A stretch of 62,781 bases of DNA, the filler included, from Choristocarpus tenellus KU-1152 (lineage: Eukaryota > Protista > Phaeophyceae): the NCBI GenBank assembly GCA_964200185.2. It is 10 parts of 10 records of this genome, joined end to end, with 100 filler letters (N's around TTAATTAATTAA, not from the genome) between each part and the next. Parts side by side here need not be neighbours in the genome. Positions count along the whole stretch, not along the records: positions 4,555 to 19,989 come from CAXNAD020001001.1; positions 20,090 to 24,190 come from CAXNAD020016205.1; positions 24,291 to 29,250 come from CAXNAD020012370.1; 7 more parts are not named here. One strand, 5' to 3'. Made by a program: the position numbers and the translations under genes. Positions 11,001-24,449 of this stretch are shown here, piece by piece. The notes under the pieces were generated by a model that was not told the origin of the DNA, did no database searches, and saw nothing but the letters and a program-made list of their open reading frames with translations. The first letter of the stretch is position 1, and every line of letters begins with the position of its first letter.

Positions 11001-14000
11001 GATGATCGCCTTGAGCCAAATATACCTGACAATAGCGAATGGCAAAGGAGAAAAAAATAAGGGATGGTTCCGATATTGAGGAGAACATGATTGAGGGCAT
11101 AGCCTCTATATCCTCAACAGAAAATTATGCTGCCGACTCCTTATTTGAGACTCAAAAGATCTTCGTGTGAGCCACACAAAGAATCAGCCTTCTGTGCTAT
11201 CACTGGTCACCGATGTAGGGGTAAACTTACACCAAAGAGCAACATTCTGAGTGTCTGTCTTTTCCGCGCTTGTGGCCCATATAATATGAATATCACAGTG
11301 GCAAGCTCCAGATCCAAGCACAGGAAGGGCACTGACGACATAACAAGAACCATCAGAATGAAGAATCAAAACTTCCTAGAGGGAGACAGAGTTTTTAGCC
11401 TATTTGAACCACTAAGGTTCATTCAATCTTGCACCTGATCCCTCATTTCTACGCTGAAAATGCATACATGATCTGTTTGGTTGCTGTGACTGTGGCAGAT
11501 GTGACCCTATGGATAGAGGTATCATCATGGGTTTGAGTTGAGGGTGGGGGGATGAACATGTGATTGTGCAGACAAAAATATGGCTCACTCACAGATCTCC
11601 ATAATTCAACTATAGCCTAACCCCCTCTAGGATATTTGACTTAGATACTAGTTGGTAACAATATTGTCCCGAACCACAGAAGGAAACAAGGAAATCAACA
11701 TACAGCCTCAATGGGAATCAACACAACACAGATACAACTGCATGCAGACAGAGTAGATGTGTTCACTCCACTTACTCATCACTCTCTCTCTCATTCTGAA
11801 CAGTCCTCCTGTACTTCCTTCATCTGAAGGCTTTACTGGAGACTGTCTATCGCCTCCCTCTCTCACAGACAAAGTTACACGAGATGCGCTGGGTTTTGCC
11901 TGAGCACCAGTAGCCCCCTCCTGCTGCACATCCCCCGGTCCTAGTCCCCTGTCACCACCCCTGTCCCCTCGTCTCCTCTCCAAACCTCTGTCCCCTGAAC
12001 TCTCAAAGCTACTACTACTCAAATCAGAGGATGAAGACAGGCTGGTCTTCTCCAGTTGCTTGTACATATCTCCAATGCCCCACTGCGAACTACTCCCGCT
12101 CCGTGACATGGAGATGCTTCTGGAGAGTGCTATCGACTCTGTGTGAGTAGGACCTCCCTTGCTTGACGCCTTGCTAGTGATGGATGAAGGTGACACTCCT
12201 GCACCACCTGCAAAAGTCGGTATCCCTACCTGAGAATATGACTGTGACAACTCTCTGCTACCCACTGTAGTGCCAAGAAAGGGTGGGGTCATTAACTTAG
12301 CCCCCGGCCCAATCCCCATAACAAGGCCTCGCCCCATAGGAGTCACCTCCTGGCGAGCTCCGAAGTCTGCTACCTCTGCAGCAATGTCAGACAAAGTTCC
12401 AGACCTTCTTTCAGCCAGCATAGCCTGCCGCCAGGCAGGTAAATTTGAAGGTTTCCCCCGTGGAGTCATGGATTTTGACACCTTGTTGAAGAAGGGGTTA
12501 GTGGCCGCAATTTCCCTTTCCCGCTGTATCTTATAGTTGACTTGTCCCAGCGCATATCCTCCCTGGACACTGGAGTAGGTAGACTTTCCCTGTGTCACAG
12601 GCAGGATTTGATTTGAAATCAAGGATGAGAAAAGCACCAGCAAGACATCAATGGCAACAGGATTATCCTGAAAACATTATGACTATACGGCAGGATATGT
12701 AGGGAAGAGGTAATGATAGTGGGCAACATGTGAATGGGTGAACTGAGGTTAAGGCAAAGAGAATACAACAGGTTAAAACAAAAAACCTGTGAGCACACTT
12801 ACTACAGTAAGAGTGTGATACTAGGTGATACTTGGAGTGCTGCGCACGCAAAAAACCCCATAAACATGAGATCACAATATGCAGTAGTTGACAGCACTAA
12901 CCCGAAAGGTCATAAAAACACTATGTGCATTACATGAGTGAGACCTTGTTCACTTGCCCAAACAAATCATTTTATTGAAAATTTCACATTGACATACCTG
13001 CATCATTCAACAGAAAGGCCGAGGAGCAGGTCAAAGAAGACATACACTACTTCTTCTCCAGGTTAATCACACAGACTCACATTCGGCAAGACCAACAAGC
13101 ACCCCCACCCCCACAGCTCATACAGCAACGCCACACCACGAAGCACCAAAACATCTTCATGTCATCTCCTCGATGCACTAGTAGTGCAGAAGGCGGTGTT
13201 CAGTACCTGAGAAGACCCTCCCCCCCCCTCCCCCTCAACTCCCAACTCTCTATTATAAATATTTCACAATCTCTCTCTCTATATATATATCTGTACTGAT
13301 ATACCACCTGGAACTTTTCCCCTATTTATGAACAGCTACTCAACTAGACAGCACTACACTGTAGTTGGGGGCATCATTCATCCCTAATAGATGATGGATG
13401 TAACCTTGCTGTGTCAGCACACTGTACATGTAGATACGATTCTTGTAGAGTGATGGCGCACACATACAAATTTACTTTTGGAATCCATGCACAATCACGA
13501 ACAATGCTCTCTTCTTGGATACAACTATGTGCCCTTAAAGATTTTTCTCCCCAGAAAGTTAACAATCAAGTCCCCTATCGAGTTGGACACGTATGTGACT
13601 CATCACTGACTGGACACACATCCCAACTCCCACCTTAACAGAGCCATGGGAAGCAAAGGATGTTTTTGCTGATTCTGCCAGGTCCCGATATGTTTGGAAG
13701 CCGCTAACAGGATTAGAAGAGTATAGCCTTACTTGTGGAAGGTATGGGGATGACCTGCGATTGTTCATATAGAGTAAGCACTAATATACATGAGAAGACT
13801 GCCTTGCCAGTGTATAAGCACAGAGGACGCTTAAAATTTCAGGTCTATACATTCTGAACAGTGGAGCATGCTTTATATACATTTAAAATGCGATTACAAG
13901 TAGTTTCCTGTTACTGCTGTTGCCACTGCCGCACCATTGAGGCCACACAGAAAGCTCACTTAAGCACAGACCAAGCAAGGTGCAAGAGTGGGGGGGCAAA

Positions 14001-14963
14001 GACATGCACATCAATTGCACAACAATGTTTCCATTTATTGACAAGAGTGATCACCAATGCTCCAACCGAATCTGGCCTCACACTCACTCTTCTCCTGAAT
14101 ACATCCTCCTGAATTCATCCCTCCATTCGTTTCTCATCTGCGCTTCATCCTTTCCCCAAAACTCAGGCTGATCCGCAAAGCGTACGCTGGATGACCTGTT
14201 AGTCCCATGTGCAAACAGTTGCAGATTAAAACAGGTATCAAAACACGCGTAGGGGATGGAAAAGGGTTGAATGACACACTTCACTATTACAACAAAAAAA
14301 AATCGTTATTGACTATTGCTTTGCCAGTTGACGATTGGGATATCTAGTTGGTACTTAGTTCAGTGACCACCATAACACATGTACTTGCAAGCACAAGGGC
14401 TATGTAACATTAAGCACAGAACACGCACATATTTCCCTTGCAACAAAGGAAAGCAAACTCTGATACAAATATTATTGCCAGATTCTACACAGTAGTAGAC
14501 ACATGAAACAGGAACACCAAACAAACCCAAATTCCAACCCCATACCAGCAGTGTTTTTCAAAACGGAAAAAATAAAAGAAGCACAGGGCAAAAAGCGAAA
14601 ATTTGCGCATGGTCTTTAGCTACCTGTGCATCCAAGACAAACAGCAGTGACATGCAATCAGTGACCAACCAGGTGCAGTTCATTCGCAAAAACAGTAGCC
14701 TTATCACCGGTGTTAAGAAATGCAGGCAATTGTATGTTGCCTTGTCTCTTGTTTCACTCCCAACGCATGTGCCACAAAAAATGTACATACATACTTTATC
14801 TTGTATCAACAGGAGTAACCTACTCCAAACCCTAGCCCAACACCATCAATCGTCCGCACTCTTTTACATATATTTGTCAACATATATTTATGTATCACCT
14901 GCCACTCTCAGCTCCTGATCCAGGGTCTTTTGAGTCGTAAGAGGTGCTGCGTTCAGTGCCAGT
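8040..14963 (-). CDS. Large Ser/Gly/Glu-rich disordered hypothetical protein, 3' part. Exons 14963-14899, 14195-14088, 13754-13634, 12589-11776, 11025-10697, 10441-9398, 8309-8040
   Basis: Long ORFs (330, 311, 114 and 106 aa) bounded by GT/AG sites that splice in consistent phase and end at TGA 8040. No recognisable domain. Confidence 0.72.
8922..9180 (+). mobile_element. MITE family A (about 250 bp, GAG...CTC ends)
   Basis: TIR GAGCCAAAATATCTTAGAGGGTA / TACTCTCTAAGGCACTTTCACTC. Flanks ATCC/ATCT look like a decayed 4-bp TSD. Five copies in the window. Confidence 0.88.
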
Positions 14964-15066
14964 CTGAATAAACATATTGTGACAAAGAGCTCACCCGTCA
15001 GCAAAAGGCTTTGTCATGGATGGAGGTGGTGGTTGCCTACATGTTATGCAAAAGACCATTGCCACG

Positions 15067-15101
<35 letters not shown>

Positions 15102-17223
15102 TACAATACAATACACACAACATAACACAACACACACACACATACACAAGAAGATCAAATGTCCAGTACTGTACCTGCATGCTATGACGAGGAAAATTTG
15201 GAGCTTCCATCCATTCAACCATGCACTCAACTATGTACGGGGAAGCCAGGCCCCCAACACACATATTTGCAGGGGTAAGGGCTATGCCACAAGCTACCAA
15301 ATATGAACAAGATGTAGTACAGACGAGACATCAATGAACTGCAAGCAGTCAAATAAACGAGGGCTGATATTCGTTAAGAGGTACAGTGCGAAAACGTGCA
15401 AAAATTGACAGTATAGAGGTATACATTATACCTCCAGTGATTAGAGTCATGCCATCATGCTGTCACCCCGTATGTTGAATTTGTCGAAAATCTGAGTTTT
15501 CTCCAAATTTATAGTGGGCTGTCAGTCCAAAAAATCATCATATCTCCCTGACTTCAAATGTGAATAGAGGACAATCCATTTTTTCACCAAGAGAAACCCA
15601 ACACAATTAACTGAGAATGGAGTTCATTATGCATTACAATAACATAACAAAATAGTACTACGAAAGTAGTTTTTCCCTTCAATGGTGAGTCATTAAGGGG
15701 TTTTTGCTCTAATCCAGCACTGCTCAATATGACCCTTCCCTCCAGCCACGTCCCAAGTCTCAGTTTCTCACAATTCTAATGGTAGATGTGCAACAATTTG
15801 TATTCAAAAGTATTATTATTGCTATTGAGAAAATGAGTACAATGAACATGGTGGGCCTTAAGCCATAGGGGCACAAGATTAAATAAGATATCATAGTTTC
15901 AACCAAAATGGTACCATAAAAAAAAATCAAATTCAAAACATACAAAATGTCTTGAGGCTTTAGGAAGATCAAACGCAACAGAAAATCAGTAACTCAAAAC
16001 AATTAAATAGTAAACTCAAAAAATCAAATTCAAATCACACAGCAAAAAAAAAAGTTTTTAGACTGCACAAGATCAAATACAATAACAAAAAAAAAATAGA
16101 ATAAGGGTTTAGCTTGGTCTTATTGACTGAAAAAACCCTGTCATTATCATCTATTTTCTCCATCTGACTAAATATTGCCGTCCCCCCGCCAGTGAAAAAA
16201 AGATGACTATTCTGTGTGCCCAAAATGGCCCCAAGTAGGAACAAACATAAGAATACGATTGATCAACTCGGGGAAGATTCAGACCTGAAAGAGGTATATA
16301 CCTCATTCCAACACAACTGAATAACAACCAAGGTGCAATGGATTGCTCACATCATGGACCTTGTAAGAACGGAGGTGTGGAAGTCCCACCGGCCTTTGGC
16401 CTTTGGCCTCTGATTCCAATCCATCGAGGAGAAGGAGATGGCATAGACCAATCACACAGCAGCTATGAATATGGGGGGGGGAGGCAATAGCGTTGAGGTT
16501 CAAGGTGTTGGCATGTGTTACCATATCATCGTTTGTTCATATTTACTGTTTTGTCAGTCACAACTAGGTTGGTGTTGATATTAGATGTTGATTGATACGA
16601 CCAAGGGAAGAGAGGTGTGCTTATACTACTATTGTCATCATCATTATTATTATTATTATTCATGTTGAGTCTGAGGGGCTCCAGACCTGTGACTAAAAAG
16701 GTAGTTGGAAGAAGGTTATAAATACACACCACATGAGACACGTAAAAGGTATACCCTCACCATCGAGCTCAACAGGCCTACCCACATAAAAAAAGCACCT
16801 CGCATCTCAACGTATACAAACATGTTTTAAAAACACAAAAAAACATTAAAAAAAAAAGAACGGTGGAAGACGGTGAGGAATCATCGATACAACATACGAC
16901 ATATACTTTTATTTTTATTTTTATTTTCCACACCCCTCGCAGCAACCTTCCCGTCAGACCGACAGGAAGAACGCACCTACTTGGAGAGAAACCCAAACAA
17001 ACGATCCCTCTGCACCAAAACAACACCAGCTAGCGGATCGTTTCACCCACCCACACAGTCAACAAACTCTCCAGCCAACAACCAAGCCCTCCTCCCGAGT
17101 ACAGGAACCAACCGTCACCTGCATCGTGCACAGTTTTCACTCCCCTTCCCGAAAAAAAAACAAAAAAAAACACACACACACACACATACAAAACAAACAA
17201 AAAACAAGCAACAGGCCTGTATA

Positions 17224-17250
17224 ACCCTAACCCTAACCCTAACCCTAACC
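17224..17250 (-). repeat. Interstitial telomere-type (TTAGGG)n run forming a 5' splice site
   Basis: About four CCCTAA units directly at the exon end 17250 (AG|GTTAGGG). Confidence 0.85.
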
Positions 17251-17420
17251 TGAGACAGCAGGTCACGATAAGAGACAGAGGCAGAATCGCGTACTTCAAC
17301 ACCTCCTTCCACGGGTCTGAGGAACCCAGGTCGCTGACAGCATCGTCGGTCGTCTCCTGTCCAGAACTTCTTGCCGTTGGACAAGAGTTGAGCGAGTCCT
17401 CACAGAAGGCTAAGCCTGAG

Positions 17421-17471
<51 letters not shown>

Positions 17472-17490
17472 CAGAGACAGAGAGAGAGAG

Positions 17491-17532
<42 letters not shown>

Positions 17533-18395
17533 CGGGCAAGAGATGAAAGGGAGAGGAAGAGGAAAGTTAACACACCGAGAATTGGTCGTTCATAAACGAA
17601 CATTAGCCCTAACCTTAGCCCTAACCCTGGTGATGTGAAGTCAACGTTTCAGTCCTCCAAAAGCGCAGTGCCTGCAAGACTATCAACACTTAGTTGGGAT
17701 GAGGAGACAGCAGCCCCACCACATGTAGTAACACGAAACGGATGCCTTGATAATAAAGAAATACAAGAAGACATTGACGCTATGGACCCATCTCCGTCTC
17801 CACTTCTCTCCAATTGGGGGGAACGGGTCTGCGTCGTCGCATCAGTTCCTCAACCTCAGCAAGGAACAGACTGAGTGAGGACATTCACTCGTGTTCGCAT
17901 CGATGGCCTGCACTCCAGACCACAGCATCAGGGTCTCTTTATACGACTTTATATATATATTGCCTCCATTCCTTTTTCAGTATCCAAGCGATAAAATAAT
18001 ATAAGAGATTTTGTGTATCAATAGCGATATGATTCAGTGAATCATATGACTCTAGTACAGAAAGCAGCACTGACTAAAAAATAATTTCTCAGCATGGGAC
18101 GGTATCACAAAAGAAGTATATTCATGGAGCCAAGTTACTAATTCGATTTATAGGTTACCGTCAGCACACACAGCAACCTTGGTGTTGACAAATACATGTT
18201 TGTGGATGTCAGTCAATTCAGCAATAAAAACAGTGAAGGATTTCTCTGGGGATTGCTGTTGACCTATCAAATCAGAAGTGAAAAAAGACATGTATAAATA
18301 AATAAAACATTGTTTTTCAAATCGGTCACTCCAATTTGATCAGATGAAATTACTCTCAGCTTAAAACTCGATTGATCAGACCTTTTTCTTCATTT

Positions 18396-18431
<36 letters not shown>

Positions 18432-19733
18432 CTTTCACAAAGGGTTACACGTTTCACAAACCGCACGTCCCACAAGAAACACGTGACGTTGAGACCAACA
18501 CGCCTTCACCGTTACTACGCAAACCAAAAACCTCAAAAAAAACAAAAAGAAAAACAGAGAGAGAGAGAGAGAGAGAGTGCACATCAGCAAGAACAGCACA
18601 GGATGACTCTTAAACTCGATCGAAATATTCCCAAGCTTTCGACGCCTATCATTCAAGGAAAACCCCAGCAAATTTGGTCATTGCCAACAAGAAAGTCGCA
18701 CCTGATGGGGGAAGACTTGACAGCAATGGACTGGGAAATTTCTACGATCTTCTTCGACTCTGCAAAGCTGTTGATTGCCAGTGCTGCTTGCCTGGAGGAG
18801 CTCCAGGCGCGCCTACCAGCACTGTGAAAGAAACAATATCACAATCAAGTTGGGGATGGCAAAGGCGCATTGGAAGTTCGTAAGCACCATCAAGTTGAAG
18901 TTCGTAGTGAGGTCACGGCGAGACTTCAAGTGTCTGAACTGGAATTGAACACACACGCGCGTGAGGGGACAGTGAAACCTGAGGTGTAGCATGCTGCACA
19001 TGAAAATTGCCTGGGGTTTGGAAAGGGGGGCTTTGATTGTTCGTATACATCAATATGCAGCACTGTTCGTAGCATGGTCGTGGGCCGCTACCGTAGTGCA
19101 TTGCAGAATTCGAGCTTCAGGGGTGGGGCTGAAGAGGGTATGATACCCGAACGAAACAAGCACACAACCAGAAATCAACGTGGGTAATTGAATTACGGAT
19201 ACCTACATGGACGGCAACAGACGCGTACAGTACACCAAAGAAACGCTCAGTTTACTGACCAAAGCCAATCGCACGTGGAGATAATATCACAGCTAACGGA
19301 CAAATATATATATTTATTAAAAACAAAGAAAAACATTATACGAAGATCGCGCCTCACACACACAACACAGAATCAGAGATTTCAGAAGAAAAAAAAAAAT
19401 CGGCGAAAAAAAAAATCAAACCTTTTTTTTTTTTCAGGAGTTAAAACGATCCACCCCACCGTCAGACAGAGACACCAAAAGCACAAGCACAAAACGCAAA
19501 GCACCCTCTTCGATTCACTCTCACCTCACGTCGAGGGCAGACTCATTAGAAGGAAGGTATGCACTCCCAAACACCACCGTAAAGCTGGTCTTGGTTGCCG
19601 ATCGACTCAACGGCAAGAAGCTGTCAGTAACATTGTCCATGGATACACAGTCGATATTGACCCTAAACGCCTCAATCAGCACATTCTTGATCTTCGCCAT
19701 CCCGTCCTCCTGTAATCCGTTGGTACTGGTCAC
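17250..19733 (-). CDS. Hypothetical protein with a probable transmembrane helix. Exons 19733-19525, 18821-18702, 17423-17250; possibly the 5' part of the 8040-14963 gene
   Basis: Three exons splice in phase (2/1, 2/1): VTSTNGLQEDGMAKIKNVLIEAFRV...SFTVVF.../AGRRAW...AINSFAES.../ISGLAFCEDSLNSCP...WKEVLKYAILPLSLIVTCCL. Confidence 0.68.
17426..17530. repeat. Compound (GA)n-(GT)n microsatellite
   Basis: Read directly. On the minus strand the (CT)n part is the polypyrimidine tract of the 17423 acceptor. Confidence 0.95.
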
Positions 19734-19989
19734 CTGAATGGCCAACAGACATGGGGCGACGGGGAATCCCCACCGCTTGGCTCAACACAATATTAACACA
19801 ATACCAATACAATATTGAAACAATCTCAAACGATCCTCACCGGGTATGTGTCCCATGCTGTTACCTTTTCGTGCTGCCATCTTCCCCCCTGACCTGTTTG
19901 TTAGTCTGAAGTAATGGCGAACATCTGACGCCCGCTCGTTGCGCCTCCCCCCGCAACCCGCCCCCCGTCTTCCTCTCCGACCGACTAGC

Positions 19990-20089
19990 NNNNNNNNNNN
20001 NNNNNNNNNNNNNNNNNNNNNNNNNNNNNNNNNTTAATTAATTAANNNNNNNNNNNNNNNNNNNNNNNNNNNNNNNNNNNNNNNNNNNN
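19990..20089. other. Artificial contig linker
   Basis: N44-TTAATTAATTAA-N44. Confidence 0.98.
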
Positions 20090-20260
20090 GTCTCGTATCT
20101 GGGGGGGGGGGTTCTACACCAGGGTGTCCATTCAGGCCCTGAGCAGGAAAAGTGCACTTACATTATCCATCTGACGCATGCAACCAAATTCACACAAAAT
20201 CACGACATGGAAAAATGGGCCCCGAATGGACAGTCGCCCCCCCTCCAGATACTTTGAGCC
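20090..20260 (+). mobile_element. MITE family B (G-run TIR), left end clipped by the contig edge
   Basis: GTATCTGGGGG...CCAGATACTTTGAGCC; colinear with the copy at 44323-44498. Confidence 0.82.
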
Positions 20261-20777
20261 GTATAGATAACATTATTGTGCTACACATACAACAGAAGTA
20301 TGATAGGAGTGTTCTGTGACTCTTGGTCTGCAAAATATTACTTATATCTTGTCGTGCTTTCTGCGTTTGCTCCTCTCCCTCTGATATGTTTTCTTGTCTA
20401 CAAAATTATGTCTGAGCATGATAGCATCTCCTACACATATATGAATTAAACAAGGAACCTTGTCAATTGAGAATTGAAGATTTTAGGCAGTTGAGGATGA
20501 AAGCATGAACATGTTCATGGACCAATGATCACCATTCCAACATGCACTGTTCTTGCCAGAAGTAATGGACATCCCTTCCACAGCTCTTTTTGTAGTGGAG
20601 CTCTATGTATGATTGTGTGAGGTGGGAATGAGCCTTAAGGACCCTGTTGCTATGTCGTTGTACTCTCCACACTCCCAATCAATGTCCTGTTTCCTCCATG
20701 CATACATGTGTTATCTGTTTTGACTCAAAGTAATGATTAGAATATCAGCAATAGAAATACACTTACCATAGTGCACG

Positions 20778-21317
20778 TGTTACAGGTGAATGGCGCAAGC
20801 ATTTCTTCTCATATTTTAGCAATCACGAATATTTGTGACAGACTTATAGTGCGAGTATTGTTTCTTGCATTCTAAGAAGTGCAAACAATATACGATATTA
20901 GTAACACATAGGTAACCTTACAGATTAAATGATTTCATAGAAGATACAGAGTAAGATTCGGAATGCATACGTAACATTTGTCAAAGTCCATAAGAAGTTG
21001 CAGAATAAAAGGTTTATGAATGGAGTATGTGTAGAGCAGTTGCATAGAAGACTAAAGAAATTGGGTGGATGATGAACATAATAAGAGGGCTTGAGGTCAA
21101 ACGATCACCCCCTTTTACCTCCAGTCTTTATCTTTTATCTTGAACGAAACTTTGAGTCAAGCTTTGAGCTAAGCACTGAGTGGAATATCAAGAAGAGAAG
21201 GACACCTGACACCCTACAAACTGTTGTAAAGGGTAACGCCCCCATAGCGTCGTTTTAAGGTCGTTGGATTTGTGTTGCATATCCTGTGGAGGTGAGTTCT
21301 GAGGGGCGCCTGTAACA
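20778..21317 (+). mobile_element. Solo LTR (540 bp) of a Ty3/Gypsy lineage related to the element at 53359-57944
   Basis: TGTTACAGG...CCTGTAACA inverted termini and a CACG TSD on both sides. The last ~54 bp match the reverse complement of 57570-57623. Confidence 0.85.
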
Positions 21318-22613
21318 CACGTGTATTTTTGAGTACTAGTGCAGTACTCGCAAGAATGCAGAAAGGAGATGACATGGTATAGGACACTAATCTGAAGGCA
21401 GTACTATCCTAAAACAACAATAGCAAAAGGCAATGAACAACCAGAAAAGGGACTGGTGCTCCACTCTGAAAATAACATCAACCTCACACCATGACTCACT
21501 TCACATATGCTACACACTCTGATCTCACCAAAGCAATTTGGCACTATGGCCTTTTCTAGTGTATTCACCCACTCTCCCACCTGCACCACCCAGACCCCAT
21601 CTCCTCTTAGTATTGTCCCCCCAGCCACCTCCATTACTATAACAAAAACATTAAATTACAAAACGTAAAAAAGAACGCAAAAAATTAAACCATGATAATG
21701 ATCTACCCTAATCATCTTCCAAATGCTTGCTGGGCATAACCTGTTCATAAGTTTAGATGATCTCAGTCCTCAAGCACCAAATAAGGTGTTACTAATAAGG
21801 TGAGCACGGTCCACAACAAAGAAGTCAAGTCAACTGAGAGGAAGTCGGGGTTGCATTTAAAGATCCCGAGAAAGGACAAAAGATATATATTTTGTAAAAT
21901 TGCAGAAAGAGCTCTTGCTGAATTTGGTGTCTTTTTGTGAAAAGGGGGAATACAAATTTTGCATATACTATTGTGCACATGTAACAATAGAATAGAGTGC
22001 ACTGAACAGGGTACTAAAGATGGCTTAGGATGCAAAAGGGCCCAAACTTGCCTACCTCTCAATCAATTTCGCTCAACTAAGCACACTCTTGGAACTCCCA
22101 AAAGCAGAGGATAACGCATGAAAGGAGAACACACGAAACATGCTTCCACAGGTCCCAAAAATCCATGAAGCTACACAAACTAAGTGATCCTGCAACAGTG
22201 CTCAAAGGAGAGTACCTTTTGTGCAGCCAGTACACAACACAGCCAGAGGTGCATACCATCATCTACAGATGGAACTCCCATCTGTGTCAGTGACTGAGAC
22301 AAACATACCAATGCACACACTCCCCTTGAGACACAACAAGCACAAACATCTTTATACAACATGTTTATACTCGTGAGAACCAGAACGATGTTGATGTACG
22401 AGTACAGCAAAGTGAGGATCCAGCAATGGCATCGCGCCACATTACTGAGCCAGTGGTCATAGTGATAAAGCTGGTCTGCTATTGACAAGTAGATTCCACA
22501 TTATCACCCACCGCATTGTGTAGGTGTGACAATGAATTAAGTTCAGTACTTGATGCGGGTGGTTCAGGTCCCCCCCTCATCACATCCAACCTCCTACCAC
22601 TGTGCATCTTGAA

Positions 22614-22870
22614 GAGTGAAAGTATCTTGGAGGGTATGAGTTTTGCCCTTTTTGTCCTTTTGGGGCTTGACCTCCCATGGATTTTTATGACATTTTCCTA
22701 CACCAAAATGTTTCGGAGGAGGTAAAATGTATACGTTATGAAAAGGTGTGTCCGGAACAAGTATATTGACACTTCCTAAAAAACACGATAACCAAAAATA
22801 TATCAAAATCGCAACATTGGATTTTAGCCCCCAAATGGACGCGGTCCTACCCTCTAAGACGCATTTGCTC
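22614..22870 (-). mobile_element. MITE family A copy
   Basis: GAGTGAAAGTATCTTGGAGGGTA...TACCCTCTAAGACGCATTTGCTC; internal sequence colinear with the other copies. Confidence 0.85.
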
Positions 22871-23859
22871 GAAACTGAATGTGGAAAAAGCATGCCTGGA
22901 AAAAACGACGAGGCTGTCCTATCAGTCACAACATTTACATTATTCGGCAAAATACATATCTTCCTTGATCAGCATCAACGACAATCCACCACGTTCATAT
23001 ACCCTCTGACTCACCTACTTGACCAACTAGTGGTTGTTTCTGCAGTATTGCTCCTGCGTATGCCAGAGCACATTCTCTTATTACTGTAGAGGTCAACCCT
23101 AGCCTTCCTCTCTACTGTTGTCCACGTATCCCAAAGCATGGGGCTGACTGGAACGAAAAGCATCCAGGTACGTTGCAAACACCTCATTTGGTGTCTCAGA
23201 TGCCTATGTTTTGAGGACACAATTGAAGTGGTGTCAACATTTTTCGATGCAGAGCTCTTTCATGGGGGATTCCCTTTGCACTGTGAACATAAAGAACAAA
23301 AACGATTTCAATGCCCCACAGAATAATTTAAAGAACCAGTTTTTTTTTTAAGGTTTCCTACTCCCAAACATTGCACCTCATTAGAGGTGTTCAAGTTCCT
23401 TTCAAATATGTGCACATTCTAATGGAAAAGTGTACATATCACTGCTATTGATAGGCATGGCACATGTATGGGGTACAACTAATTTTGTTCAACCCACTGC
23501 ACCAATTAATGTCCAGGTAATACTGGAAAGTGTTTCACCATACTAGGCCTTTAGGTGGTTGATAAGGTTCCTCTCTACGCGAAGAAAATACACTCAGTGA
23601 AAGGCATCGGGTGTGCAGGAGTGTGCGGCAGGCATCTGACCTTTTGCTCGGTCTGAAAAGATTACCATATCTTTGGATGACAGGAAGGTGTTTATGCACA
23701 CATGTTGCTTCACAGAGTTGAGAGAGAGCTCGTATTTCTCAGCATTCTTCTTTCTTCTAAGATACTTTCACCCAAGCTCAACGTCACTATTCAGCTACAT
23801 TAAGAGAGTGTTATGCAGTCGTCACAGCCATCACTCATTGGCGACTGTATCTTTGGGGT

Positions 23860-24015
23860 AGACACTTTACCTCCATCACAGATCATACTTGTATAGAATG
23901 CGGGACACCAGTAACACGCTTACTCGTTGGGCTAATGCTCTTCAAGCTAATGATTTCACTGTCAAACACAAGCCCGGTAAGCTCAACGTTATACCTGATA
24001 CTCTATCTCGTATTT
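23860..24015 (+). mobile_element. Ty3/Gypsy pol RNase H fragment
   Basis: ITDH...LTRWANALQANDFTVKHKPGKLNVIPDTLSR matches the C-terminal motif of Gypsy RNase H. Confidence 0.8.
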
Positions 24016-24190
24016 TCAAGTTCGAGGAACAGGAGAAATCCGTTGCTCAATGCTGGCACCAATCTGTCGTAACGTCCCTGAAGGTAGTCGTGCATTTGCC
24101 ACACATGTTCAAAAGGATTATGAGTTATCTGTTCGATTAGACTCTTCCAACTCTATCGGACAGTTACGGTAAATTATTTATGGAGTAATG

Positions 24191-24290
24191 NNNNNNNNNN
24201 NNNNNNNNNNNNNNNNNNNNNNNNNNNNNNNNNNTTAATTAATTAANNNNNNNNNNNNNNNNNNNNNNNNNNNNNNNNNNNNNNNNNNNN
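24191..24290. other. Artificial contig linker
   Basis: N44-TTAATTAATTAA-N44. Confidence 0.98.
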
Positions 24291-24449
24291 ACGATCTGTA
24301 TTGTGTGGAAGAGTGGAGGGAGGGATACGGCGGGTTAGCACCCCTTGTGTGTGGACACGGATGTGGTATGTGACTGGGTACCCTGTGGCGGTTAGGAAAC
24401 ATAGACTTACCCAAGCATCACTGTAGCGTGTGTCCTAAAAATCGAAAGA

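Noticed and set aside
22100-23800. Short exon-like segments on the minus strand
   Set aside because: I could not assemble a consistent open frame or recognise a family.
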